DNA of 64,000 nucleotides from positions 169,309 to 233,308 of the forward strand of contig CAVHQU010000001.1 in the NCBI GenBank assembly GCA_963638555.1, read 5' to 3'. Shown here one piece after another: positions 9,501 through 18,503 of the stretch; within the stretch, counting starts at the first letter, position 1, and every line of letters begins with the position of its first letter. The notes beneath the pieces are model-generated. The model saw only the letters and a program-made list of their open reading frames with translations. It made no database searches and was not told the DNA's origin. A program made the translations under genes and the position numbers. The stretch is from a bacterium (GTDB taxonomy: Bacteria; Bacillota_I; Bacilli_A; RFN20; CAG-826).

Positions 9501-10610
9501 TTATTTAACTAATTTATCAAACAATTCTTTTGCAGCAATAATCGCATCATCCATATCAAAATAACGATAGAGAGCTAAACGTCCCAAGAAATACACATGT
9601 GGTTCAAGTTTCTTTACTTCATCAAGGTATTTCTTTGCTAAATCATTATTTTTTGCATCATTGACGGTGTAATAAGGAATTTTTCCATCAGAATATGTGT
9701 CTGGGTATTCCTTGTAGATAATTGTTGAATGATGGTTTTCACAATATGGGTCAAAATGCTTATGTTCTGTTATTCTCGTGTATCCAACATCTTTTGAAGT
9801 GTAATTAACAACTGGATTTGATTGATAATCATCAATATTGAGAGTTTCTTCTTCAAAGCGTAATGATCTCCATTCAAGTTTGCCAAAACAGTAGTCAAAA
9901 TAGGAATCTAACTGACCCGTGTATATGATTACTGGTGCAACGGAGGCATATTTTTCTTTTTCTTTGAGGTAATCAACGTTATATATAACATCAATTCCTT
10001 TAGCAAGATTCTTGGCGAATTCAGAGTAACCGCCCTTAGGAAGGCCTTGATAGCAATCATTGAAATAATTGTTGTTATATTCAAATCTTAATGGGAGGCG
10101 TTTGATAATTGATGCAGGGAGATCCTTGCAATCTCTTCCCCATTGTTTCTCAGTGTATTCTTTGATGAGTTTTGTATAAACAGTTCTTCCAACCATGTTT
10201 AAAGCTTGCTCTTCAAGATTCTTTGGCTCTTTGATACCTTCTTTTTCAATCTCTTGAGCAATGATTGCTTTAGCTTCTTCTGGCATATTTACACCCCATA
10301 ATTCATGGAACGTGTTCATATTGAATGGAAGGTGATATCTTTCACCGTGATAGTTTGCAATAGGACAATTCATGAATGGATAAACCTCAGAATGTTCATT
10401 GAAGAAATTCCAAGCAAAGTCATCGGATGTGTGAAAAATATGAGGGCCATATGTGTGTACAATAATTCCATCAATGTTTTCTGTAGCGATGTTTCCACCT
10501 AAATGGTCTCTTTTTTCTAAGATCAAAACTTTTTTGCCAGCATCGGCTAATAGTCTAGCGATGCTTAATCCGGATAAACCGGCCCCAATAATTAGATAAT
10601 CGTAATTCAT
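9501..10610 (-). CDS. glf: UDP-galactopyranose mutase
   Basis: FAD fold 'YDYLIIGAGLSGLSIA', 369 aa, characteristic Glf internal motifs (YTKLIKEYTEKQWG; YPDTY; HVYFLGRLALYRYFDMDDAI). Confidence 0.9.
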   Translation of the reverse strand: MNYDYLIIGAGLSGLSIARLLADAGKKVLILEKRDHLGGNIATENIDGIIVHTYGPHIFHTSDDFAWNFFNEHSEVYPFMNCPIANYHGERYHLPFNMNTFHELWGVNMPEEAKAIIAQEIEKEGIKEPKNLEEQALNMVGRTVYTKLIKEYTEKQWGRDCKDLPASIIKRLPLRFEYNNNYFNDCYQGLPKGGYSEFAKNLAKGIDVIYNVDYLKEKEKYASVAPVIIYTGQLDSYFDYCFGKLEWRSLRFEEETLNIDDYQSNPVVNYTSKDVGYTRITEHKHFDPYCENHHSTIIYKEYPDTYSDGKIPYYTVNDAKNNDLAKKYLDEVKKLEPHVYFLGRLALYRYFDMDDAIIAAKELFDKLVK

Positions 10611-10665
10611 GAAAACATTATAACATAGAAAAAGCCATTAAGTTCATTAATGGCTCTTAAGGTAT

Positions 10666-12447
10666 TTATTTAGATTCAACGAAGGCCGCTAATTTAGCAT
10701 TATCATAAAAATTAGCACGTTCATATTCATAGTCTGGGGTGATACCACCATCATTATCAATCATCTTTCCGTCTTTTTCATAATTAAGACGTTCGGTGCC
10801 TGACATTTGAACGATCATTCCATCGGCAGTAACACAATTTCTAACGACACATGAACCTCCGCCAGATTTTTCACCGATAATTTTAGCGGCACCTGTTGTT
10901 TTGCAAATGGTCGGGAAGAGATTGGCGCAAGAAAACGAGTACGATGAAGTCAAAGCGTAGAAATTATACTTGCCAGCAAATGAATCATTATCGTCAAATT
11001 TTCCATCAAGATTCGTATCAACATTATAAGAGAGAGTTGTAGTTGACTTAGTTGTTGGATTATCGAGGTAAATCTTAACATCTTTTGTTAAGAAACCCAT
11101 TGTTTCGATTAAAGCATCGACAGCTCCACCACCATTGAGAGTTACATCGATGACAACGTTCTCAATTTCTGAGTGCTTTTGAATTTGGCTGAAACACGAA
11201 TAGAAGATTGCAAACGTTTCAGTTGAAGTTAGAGAAGATGCGTTTTGTGGAGTGATTTTAGTTCCATTTGTTTCATAGGAATCAAGACGGATAATCGCCG
11301 TCTTATTTTGAATCGAGAAACCAGGAACATTTCCGCCAAAAGCATTTATTCTTAAGGCTCTTAATTCGTTGTATGAATTTGATAGAGTTCTAACACGTTC
11401 ACTACTTTGAACATTTCCTCTAGTAGTGTTATTAACATCCCCATAGAAAGATGAAAAGGTGCCCGTTGAAGTGTGACCATCTCCAAATACCGTAATATAA
11501 AGTTCATTGATTCCAGTCTCATAAGTACGTGTATCACGCGATTTCAAATGATCACGAACTGTTGAGTAATTTGCTTTGAGATATGTATCAAAATCAGAAT
11601 TCTTAAAGTATTTGTCATTAAAACCATAGAAGTTGTTGAAGTTGAAACAAAGGGAATTATAAGCGTATTCTGCCATTGTTGAACTCCTCTTAGAGCCACT
11701 TGAATAAGCGCCACTGTAATAGGCCTTACAGTATGAAGAGGCTACCGATTCGCCTGAAGCTGACTTTTGAGGTTTTGTGAAATACGAAGAAATTGCAGCA
11801 TAGAAATCGGTTCCATTGAAAGCAAATGGTGATGCGACAGATTCAAAAAGAGTGCTCTCAACAACGCTGTAAGGAAGATAAACGTCAGATCCATCAGCGA
11901 TTGTATCTAAATTTGAAGCGGCAAGGTTAAATGTTGTCGAGCCTGGATCGGTGAATTTGTATTTGCTTGTATCTGTCTTAATAAGTGAATTTTCTTTATC
12001 AGCCGTATCAGCTAAGCCATTTATGACAGATGATCCGCTTAAAGCTTGTATAAACTTCTCATAACTATTAAAAGTTATCGTATCTTTTTCGACATTGATG
12101 GCGATCGTGTATGTAAATTCTTTGCTAGGAAGCTCAAAAGTATATACGTTATCATCAAAATCGCTGTAATAAGAATCTGAACCGGTAAGTGCGTTTAAAA
12201 CCTCAGAAAACGAAACATAAGGAATGTCTTCATATGTTCTATATTTAAGTGTTCCTTTCGACTTTGTAACTATATCTGTTTTATCGTCGCTTAGAGTTCC
12301 GCCATATAAGTTTGCTGTTTTGACTTCGCTTAAATCAGCTGCTTTCGGGTCAGTTTTGCCGAATTGGCATGAGGTAAGTATCGATAATGCAGCGCCAGAT
12401 AAAACACAAATACTGACGAATGGTATTAATTGTAATTTCTTTTTCAT
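10666..12447 (-). CDS. Lipoprotein, S41 (C-terminal processing peptidase)-like domain
   Basis: Lipobox 'ILTSCQ'; C-terminal region 'FGDGHTSTG ... LNGGGAVDALIETMGF ... SFSCANLFP ... IIGEKSGGG' resembles S41/tail-specific-protease core; paralog of 59419..61194. Confidence 0.6.
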   Translation of the reverse strand: MKKKLQLIPFVSICVLSGAALSILTSCQFGKTDPKAADLSEVKTANLYGGTLSDDKTDIVTKSKGTLKYRTYEDIPYVSFSEVLNALTGSDSYYSDFDDNVYTFELPSKEFTYTIAINVEKDTITFNSYEKFIQALSGSSVINGLADTADKENSLIKTDTSKYKFTDPGSTTFNLAASNLDTIADGSDVYLPYSVVESTLFESVASPFAFNGTDFYAAISSYFTKPQKSASGESVASSYCKAYYSGAYSSGSKRSSTMAEYAYNSLCFNFNNFYGFNDKYFKNSDFDTYLKANYSTVRDHLKSRDTRTYETGINELYITVFGDGHTSTGTFSSFYGDVNNTTRGNVQSSERVRTLSNSYNELRALRINAFGGNVPGFSIQNKTAIIRLDSYETNGTKITPQNASSLTSTETFAIFYSCFSQIQKHSEIENVVIDVTLNGGGAVDALIETMGFLTKDVKIYLDNPTTKSTTTLSYNVDTNLDGKFDDNDSFAGKYNFYALTSSYSFSCANLFPTICKTTGAAKIIGEKSGGGSCVVRNCVTADGMIVQMSGTERLNYEKDGKMIDNDGGITPDYEYERANFYDNAKLAAFVESK

Positions 12448-12560
12448 TGTTTTTTCTCCTATTCGTTTATCGAGCGTTATTATAAATGCAAAAAATATTT
12501 AGTCATACCTAAATATTAAATATTTAAAAATATTTTGTTTGCATCAAGCTAATTCGAGAA

Positions 12561-13262
12561 CTAAGCTTCATGTACATTTTCTTTTTTTATCGTTTTATGA
12601 ACGTCTTTTAAGGAAAGAATACAAAAAACAACAGGCACCAACGGTGCAAGATTACTCAAAGTTTCAAGAACCGAAATATAACTTTCAAAAGGCAAATAAT
12701 ATTGAGCAATACCAAATGGAACGCTTAATGTGATGAAACCAATACCAATTAACATCAAGACTTCCCAAATAAGTTTCTCCTTAGGGAAGAAAACGGTTAT
12801 TGCAAATGTCAATATCGATAAAAGAAGGCAGCCAAACTCAATAAAATATAAAATATTGCGAAGAGTAAAGGCTTCATGAAGTTTCTCGGGCAATGCAATT
12901 AACTCGGGCGTTACCATGGCACCAGCAACAACCACCCAAGCAAAAAGATAGAAAGTAGACAATCCTTGTATACCTATCAGTTCTTTTTTCTTGGCAATAT
13001 CAGCTATGCCATCAACAAAGGTAAACAAGATGATGGCAAAGATAAGTTGGATGGCTTCATAAGAGATGGCTTGGTTTAAATCAGTAAGAGCATCACCAGT
13101 GACGCTGCTTTTCTCTATTGTGTATAAGATAATCAAAGTAACGCCAAAAATAATGTGAAATATATCGAAAATAGTGAAGCCAAAGAAATTGTAATTCTTG
13201 AATGGATGTTTTTTCGTATCGTTGTCAGTTTTAGTTTTGAATTGTTCAGGATCTAGTTTCAT
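12561..13262 (-). CDS. Hypothetical polytopic membrane protein
   Basis: 233 aa, 5-6 predicted hydrophobic helices; no family recognised. Confidence 0.5.
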   Translation of the reverse strand: MKLDPEQFKTKTDNDTKKHPFKNYNFFGFTIFDIFHIIFGVTLIILYTIEKSSVTGDALTDLNQAISYEAIQLIFAIILFTFVDGIADIAKKKELIGIQGLSTFYLFAWVVVAGAMVTPELIALPEKLHEAFTLRNILYFIEFGCLLLSILTFAITVFFPKEKLIWEVLMLIGIGFITLSVPFGIAQYYLPFESYISVLETLSNLAPLVPVVFCILSLKDVHKTIKKENVHEA

Positions 13263-13283
13263 AGCAATTAAGAATGATAATCC

Positions 13284-14048
13284 TTACTCGGCTTTTTTGG
13301 TAGGAAGAATATACTCATTCAAGTCATTTGCTTGATTCAAATTTCTTGTCGCAAAGTAGAGAGGATAAAAGAAAACTAAGGCGAATATTATCGTCACGAT
13401 TGAGGTGAATAATGCAGCCGGCAATTTGCTAACCGATGCAATGAATGCCGCTTCAAAAGTCGTCCCAAGCATAATAGAGAAAAGTATTCTAAGAAAGAAT
13501 TCGCCAACAACATTGACCAATAAGCCGCAAACAAGGGCAAACAACAAGCATTTAGTTGAAACAGGCATCCAAAATGATGCAATCAAGGCAATAAGCAAAA
13601 TTCCACAAAGAATTGATGAGGCAATGACAGCGGTTAATGAATAGCCAGATCCATTGGTGAGATATCCATAAAGTATCCAGCCAAAAGCAATTAAGCCGAC
13701 CCCTGTAGCGATTCCGAGCATTAACGTGCCATTAATTTTCTTTTTTAAGCAGATTCTAAAAAGCAATCCAACAACAAACCCAAAAAGGAATTTGACGATG
13801 AAACTTCTAAGATATGTATTCCATCCATATCCTAAAGCAATGTCACAAAATCCCATGCCTAAAGAGCCGGCAAGTCCACCAATAAGCGGTCCGCATAAGA
13901 GACCTGCCAATACGCAGAATAAGTTGCCTAAGTGAATTTTGCTTGTTCCTAAGGGAATCGAAATGAAGGTTCCGCCAAAGCATAAAGCGATAAATATTGC
14001 ACAATAAATGATTTTTATTAATAATGATCTTTCTTTGCTCATAATCAT
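13284..14048 (-). CDS. Putative ECF-transporter substrate-binding (S) component / small vitamin-uptake membrane protein
   Basis: ~6 TM, Gly-rich helices (GNLFCVLAGLLCGPLIGGLAGSLGMGFCDIALG) typical of ECF S components; no specificity assignable. Confidence 0.4.
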   Translation of the reverse strand: MIMSKERSLLIKIIYCAIFIALCFGGTFISIPLGTSKIHLGNLFCVLAGLLCGPLIGGLAGSLGMGFCDIALGYGWNTYLRSFIVKFLFGFVVGLLFRICLKKKINGTLMLGIATGVGLIAFGWILYGYLTNGSGYSLTAVIASSILCGILLIALIASFWMPVSTKCLLFALVCGLLVNVVGEFFLRILFSIMLGTTFEAAFIASVSKLPAALFTSIVTIIFALVFFYPLYFATRNLNQANDLNEYILPTKKAE

Positions 14049-14188
14049 TCAAGATATTAGATAAGCATAATGATTAAATCAAGTAAATGTTTTGTAATTG
14101 TTCCATTCCATCGACATTTTTATTTTTGCTCACTAGCCAATATTTCAAGAATCATTTATTATGTAAAGGTCAGGTAAAAGAAACGTAA

Positions 14189-15919
14189 ATGTTTAGTAAC
14201 TTAATCCTCGAAAGTTCAGCAAGCAGTTCTCTGTTAGTCCAAATCTTACTAATGATCGGTGGGTTAGGTGCCCTTTTCGTTGGTATGAACATGCTCCAAG
14301 CCGCAACTGAAAAGCTCGCAACTGGAGGTCTTAAAAAATTATTTAAGAAAACCGCCAATTCAAAATTAGCAGGTGTTGGCATTGGCACACTAGCCACCAT
14401 GATTATGCAATCAAGTGGAGCTACGACTATCATGGTAGTTGGCTTTGTTAACGCAGGCGTTATGACTTTGGTTCAGGCTGCTACATATATCATGGGCGCA
14501 AATATTGGCACTACTATAACTGCTCAAATAGTCGCATTAGGCGGTTTATCATCTTCGTCTCTTCCTTTAACGCAAATCATCATTTCTTTAACTCTCGTTG
14601 GCGTCATCATGAGAATGATTTGCCACAAGAGATGGCCGAAGGTTGCCTTCGCTGGAGATATGATAACTGGTCTAGGTCTCATTTTCTTAGGTTTGAATAC
14701 AATGACAACAAATATGAGTGCTCTTCTTACAGACAATGAAGCAATCAAAAACGCACTCACGTCCCTCACCAATCCATTCCTTCTCTTGTTAATCGGTATC
14801 GTTTTAACTGCATTAGCTCAATCGTCTTCTGCTATCACTTCAATCGTTTTAGCTCTTGCAATGGCAGGTGCTGTCGTTGGTGGCAGTGGAAACGGTGTCC
14901 TTTATCTTATCTTAGGTTCCAACATCGGTTCATGTTCTACTGCGCTATTATCAGCAATAGGATCAACAACTAATGGCAAAAGAACTGCAGTCATCCACTT
15001 GTTATTCAACGTCTTTGGCTCCATTATCTTCTTTATTATTCTTATTTGCTGGCCTAACGCAATGGAAAGCACCTTAGCAAAATGGTTCCCTAATTCTCCT
15101 GCGACTCAAATTGCTATGTTCCACACTTTCTTTAATGTTGTTGTAACAATCCTTTTCTTGCCATTTACAAAATTCTTGGCTTTCTTAGCAAGCAAAATTA
15201 TTCCAGAAAAAGGCAAGAATCCAGAAGAAGATCTTCTCGATTCAAGATTCCTCGCTACCCCTGAAGTCGCCTTAACCCAAGCCATTTCTTATTATCACAT
15301 CATGGCTAAACTAGCCTTAGACGACTTAAATATGGCTTTAGATGCGTTTGTGGTAAAAGATGGTAATAAGAAGTCTCAAATTGATGACTTAGAAAACAAA
15401 GTTTTGCGTATGTCAAAAGAGCTTAGCGGATTCATCGTTCAAATATCCGCTAATGGAGTTTCGGAAGAATCTCAAAAGAGAATTTCAAGAATGCAATTAG
15501 ATATTGCCGACATTGTCCGTTTAACCGAGGTTGCAGACAATATAACAGGTTATACAAACCATGAAATTAATGATGAATTAACATTCTCAGCCGTCGTTTT
15601 TGATGATTTGAAAATAATGAAGGCAAAGATTGAAGAGATGTTTGCCAAAGTAGATAAAATCGTCGATAAACCAACATTGAATGATTTGAATATCGCCCGC
15701 AAGATGGAAGATGGGATTGATGATATGCGAACATCAATGGTCAAAGGTCACCTAAAAAGGCTTGAGAGTGGGGAATGTAAGCCTCAAAACTCAAATATAT
15801 TTATCAATTTAGTTGGCAATCTTGAAAGATGCGGGGACCATCTTAACTTTATTGCGGAACGTTCATGTAGTGATCTTCTTCCTAAAGACGAAGAAAACAA
15901 CATTACATTGCACCCTTAA
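14189..15919 (+). CDS. Na+/phosphate cotransporter family protein (NptA/YjbB-like) with C-terminal PhoU-like domains
   Basis: Duplicated 'QSSGATTIMV / AQSSSAITSIV' Na/Pi-cotransporter repeats; C-terminal helical PhoU-like region. Confidence 0.85.
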   Translation: MFSNLILESSASSSLLVQILLMIGGLGALFVGMNMLQAATEKLATGGLKKLFKKTANSKLAGVGIGTLATMIMQSSGATTIMVVGFVNAGVMTLVQAATYIMGANIGTTITAQIVALGGLSSSSLPLTQIIISLTLVGVIMRMICHKRWPKVAFAGDMITGLGLIFLGLNTMTTNMSALLTDNEAIKNALTSLTNPFLLLLIGIVLTALAQSSSAITSIVLALAMAGAVVGGSGNGVLYLILGSNIGSCSTALLSAIGSTTNGKRTAVIHLLFNVFGSIIFFIILICWPNAMESTLAKWFPNSPATQIAMFHTFFNVVVTILFLPFTKFLAFLASKIIPEKGKNPEEDLLDSRFLATPEVALTQAISYYHIMAKLALDDLNMALDAFVVKDGNKKSQIDDLENKVLRMSKELSGFIVQISANGVSEESQKRISRMQLDIADIVRLTEVADNITGYTNHEINDELTFSAVVFDDLKIMKAKIEEMFAKVDKIVDKPTLNDLNIARKMEDGIDDMRTSMVKGHLKRLESGECKPQNSNIFINLVGNLERCGDHLNFIAERSCSDLLPKDEENNITLHP

Positions 15920-16419
15920 TCAAAGATGTATTCTTGGCGGTTAGAGTAACCGTCTTTTTTTAATGAAGAATCAAGGAAATTGTATTTCTTTGGCATTAGT
16001 TTTAATAAATGAAGGGACGCGTTCATTTTCTTGATTGTTTCAAGATTGATGCCTTTTCTTTTAGCAATTGAAATAAATTCGTTAGAATCTTCAGATACAA
16101 CTTCTGCAACTGCTTCTATTTGCAAAGAATGAATCGAAGAAAAACCACTGTATGGTTCATATATTGTAGCTGCGACATTCTTATTCTTTTCAAGATATTT
16201 GAATTTAAGCCCACCCTCGGAAAATAGATAGAAACATCCATCATAATAATTATATTCAATTGGAGTACACCTAACTTCTTCTCCATACCCTGTGGCTAAA
16301 GCCATCGTATTGTGATTTAAGATAAAGTCTTCAATCTTCTTAAAGAGTTCTTCTTTTTCGATCTTCTTAGATTGAGCATCTCTCTTGATCCAATATTCAC
16401 TTGCTTCCTTATAATTCAT
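15916..16419 (-). CDS. Pyridoxamine 5'-phosphate oxidase-like FMN-binding protein
   Basis: PNPOx-fold motifs (MALATGYGEEVRCTPIEY...GCFYLFSEGG); start set at internal ATG 16419 with RBS aagagg; the 16512 ORF-track start adds an unsupported extension. Confidence 0.7.
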   Translation of the reverse strand: MNYKEASEYWIKRDAQSKKIEKEELFKKIEDFILNHNTMALATGYGEEVRCTPIEYNYYDGCFYLFSEGGLKFKYLEKNKNVAATIYEPYSGFSSIHSLQIEAVAEVVSEDSNEFISIAKRKGINLETIKKMNASLHLLKLMPKKYNFLDSSLKKDGYSNRQEYIFD

Positions 16420-16516
16420 ACACGCATTACCTCTTTTTGATATTTTAACACATTTACTTCGTTGAATTAGCAGACCAATCTTACTAAAATTTATTAGTCT
16501 TAAAGGAGACAAGTCT

Positions 16517-17251
16517 ATGATTCTATATTACATTCGTCACGGAGAACCTAATTATGAGTTAGATTGTTTAACTCCATTAGGAGAGAAAGAAGCAATTGCT
16601 TTATCAGAATTATTAAAGAAAAAAGGCGTTGATAAGATATATGCTTCAAGCATGGGAAGGGCACAAGCTACCGCTAAGCCTACAGCCGAAGTATTTAATC
16701 TTCCAATCATTTCTTGTGATTGGGCTAGAGAAGATAAAACCTGGGAAAACTACGCGGCTCCAATAGACAATAAAGGAACCACATGGGTATTCTGGATTCC
16801 TAAATGGGTCGAGGAATTCATGTCAGACGAAAGTATGGAAGCAGGATATGAATTCTATAAGCTTCCTGTATACGATGAAATCAATCTTAGAAAAGGGATT
16901 GAAGCAACAGACAAAGCCGTAGATAAGTTCATGTTAGAACTTGGATATGAACATGATCGCAAGCATAAATGCTACAGAGAAATCAAAAAAGACGAAGACC
17001 ATATAGCGTTATTCGCTCATCATGGATTTGGAATGGCCTTCTTGTCTTCTTTGTTAGATATACCATATTCATATTTATCGTTAAGAATAGACATGGGTCA
17101 TACTAATTTCACGGAAATTGAATTTAAAGCAAATGAAAATGGATTGGTATTTCCAAAAATCCTTCATTTAGCAGATGACGCTCATCTATACAAGGAGGAT
17201 TTAGCATTTAATTCTGAACCAACCGCATTATATATCGAGGAGAAGAAATAA
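16517..17251 (+). CDS. Histidine phosphatase family protein (phosphoglycerate-mutase-like)
   Basis: N-terminal catalytic 'YYIRHGEP' RHG motif; 244 aa. Confidence 0.8.
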   Translation: MILYYIRHGEPNYELDCLTPLGEKEAIALSELLKKKGVDKIYASSMGRAQATAKPTAEVFNLPIISCDWAREDKTWENYAAPIDNKGTTWVFWIPKWVEEFMSDESMEAGYEFYKLPVYDEINLRKGIEATDKAVDKFMLELGYEHDRKHKCYREIKKDEDHIALFAHHGFGMAFLSSLLDIPYSYLSLRIDMGHTNFTEIEFKANENGLVFPKILHLADDAHLYKEDLAFNSEPTALYIEEKK

Positions 17252-17252
17252 T

Positions 17253-18350
17253 ATGGAAGAAACAATTCAAGAAGAAAAGAAGCCTTCATTTTGGAAGAAC
17301 CTTAAAGAAAAACTGATGACCACCACAAATGGTATGGCCATAGGTCTTTTTGGAACTTTGATTATTGGAACGATACTAGATTTATTTGCTCAAATACCAT
17401 TCCTTTCGTCTTTATCTAGCTGGACAACCGTCATTAAAGGCTTAATGGGTGCCGGCATTGGTTTAGGTGTTGCTCTCTCATTAAAGAAAAGCGGCGTTGT
17501 CGTTGTAGCATCAATGGCGGCTGGCATGATTGGAAACTATGCATTCTCATTTGCAGATGGATCGGTTTCTTCAATCAGTGATCCCCTTTCTTGCTACATC
17601 AGTTCAGTTCTTTGCCTTTTAGCCATTAAATACATCATGAGAAAGAAGACACCTGTCGATATCATTCTTCTCCCTCTTGTTGGATTGGTTTGTTCCTTGC
17701 TCTACTCCTTCTTATTAGCTACTTATGTTCATTACATTACCGTTGGCTTAGGCTGGATCATCGAAAAGACATTTAACGTTGTTCCATTCTTAATGTGCAT
17801 CTTAATCTCCGTTCTTGTTGGTATGGCGCTTACTGCCCCTATATCCTCAGTGGCAATATGTGTTGCAATCAAGATTGGTGGAACTCCTTTAGCTGCTTAC
17901 GCGGCCTTGATTGGTTGTTGCACCCAAATGGTTGGTTTTGCAGTCCATACAGCAAGAGATAACAAATGGGGCTCAGTTATTGCTGTCGGTATTGGAACAT
18001 CAATGCTTCAATTTAAAAACATCGTTAGAAAACCATTGGTTTGGTTACCGACAATCATTGTTTCAGCAATCTTAGGCCCTCTAGCAATGCTTATGCCAAT
18101 TGAAGATGCTGCTTACTATGCTGAAAATGGATTTACTTCATCATTGTCTGTTGCAGGCGGCATGGGAACATCAGGTTTGGTTGGCCCATTAAATGTTCTT
18201 GCAGCTAATAACTACAACTGGGTTCTTATCATCGAAGTAATTTGTTTCTGCATCATCTTGCCAATCATCTTAGTATTCTTAGTTGATTTATTATTCAGAA
18301 AACTAGGTTGGATTCAAAAAGGCGATTTCTCGCTTAATTCGGACTTATAA
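17253..18350 (+). CDS. Polytopic membrane protein, putative permease
   Basis: 365 aa, ~10 hydrophobic helices, Gly/Ala-rich; family not recognised. Confidence 0.45.
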   Translation: MEETIQEEKKPSFWKNLKEKLMTTTNGMAIGLFGTLIIGTILDLFAQIPFLSSLSSWTTVIKGLMGAGIGLGVALSLKKSGVVVVASMAAGMIGNYAFSFADGSVSSISDPLSCYISSVLCLLAIKYIMRKKTPVDIILLPLVGLVCSLLYSFLLATYVHYITVGLGWIIEKTFNVVPFLMCILISVLVGMALTAPISSVAICVAIKIGGTPLAAYAALIGCCTQMVGFAVHTARDNKWGSVIAVGIGTSMLQFKNIVRKPLVWLPTIIVSAILGPLAMLMPIEDAAYYAENGFTSSLSVAGGMGTSGLVGPLNVLAANNYNWVLIIEVICFCIILPIILVFLVDLLFRKLGWIQKGDFSLNSDL

Positions 18351-18468
18351 AACTATCCCTCTTGCATGAGGGATTTTTAATAGCTTCCTTGCCTTTCTTA
18401 ATAACAAAATAAAGGGTGCGTGTAGCGATATTTAAGCAATTCGTTAGCAATGTAAGCAAAAGAAAAAG

Positions 18469-18493
18469 CGTCTCTGTGCTGAGACGCTTTAAC
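18469..18493 (-). terminator. Rho-independent terminator for lipoprotein gene 18504..20480
   Basis: aagcgtctc-tgtgc-tgagacgctt hairpin, T-run on the minus strand. Confidence 0.65.
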
Positions 18494-18503
18494 AAATATT
18501 AGT

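Noticed and set aside
15916-16512. Long N-terminal extension of the PNPOx-like ORF (start 16512)
   Set aside because: The extension (MSPLRLINFSKIGLL...) is not part of the PNPOx fold. The internal ATG at 16419 has an AAGAGG RBS and gives a typical ~167-aa protein.
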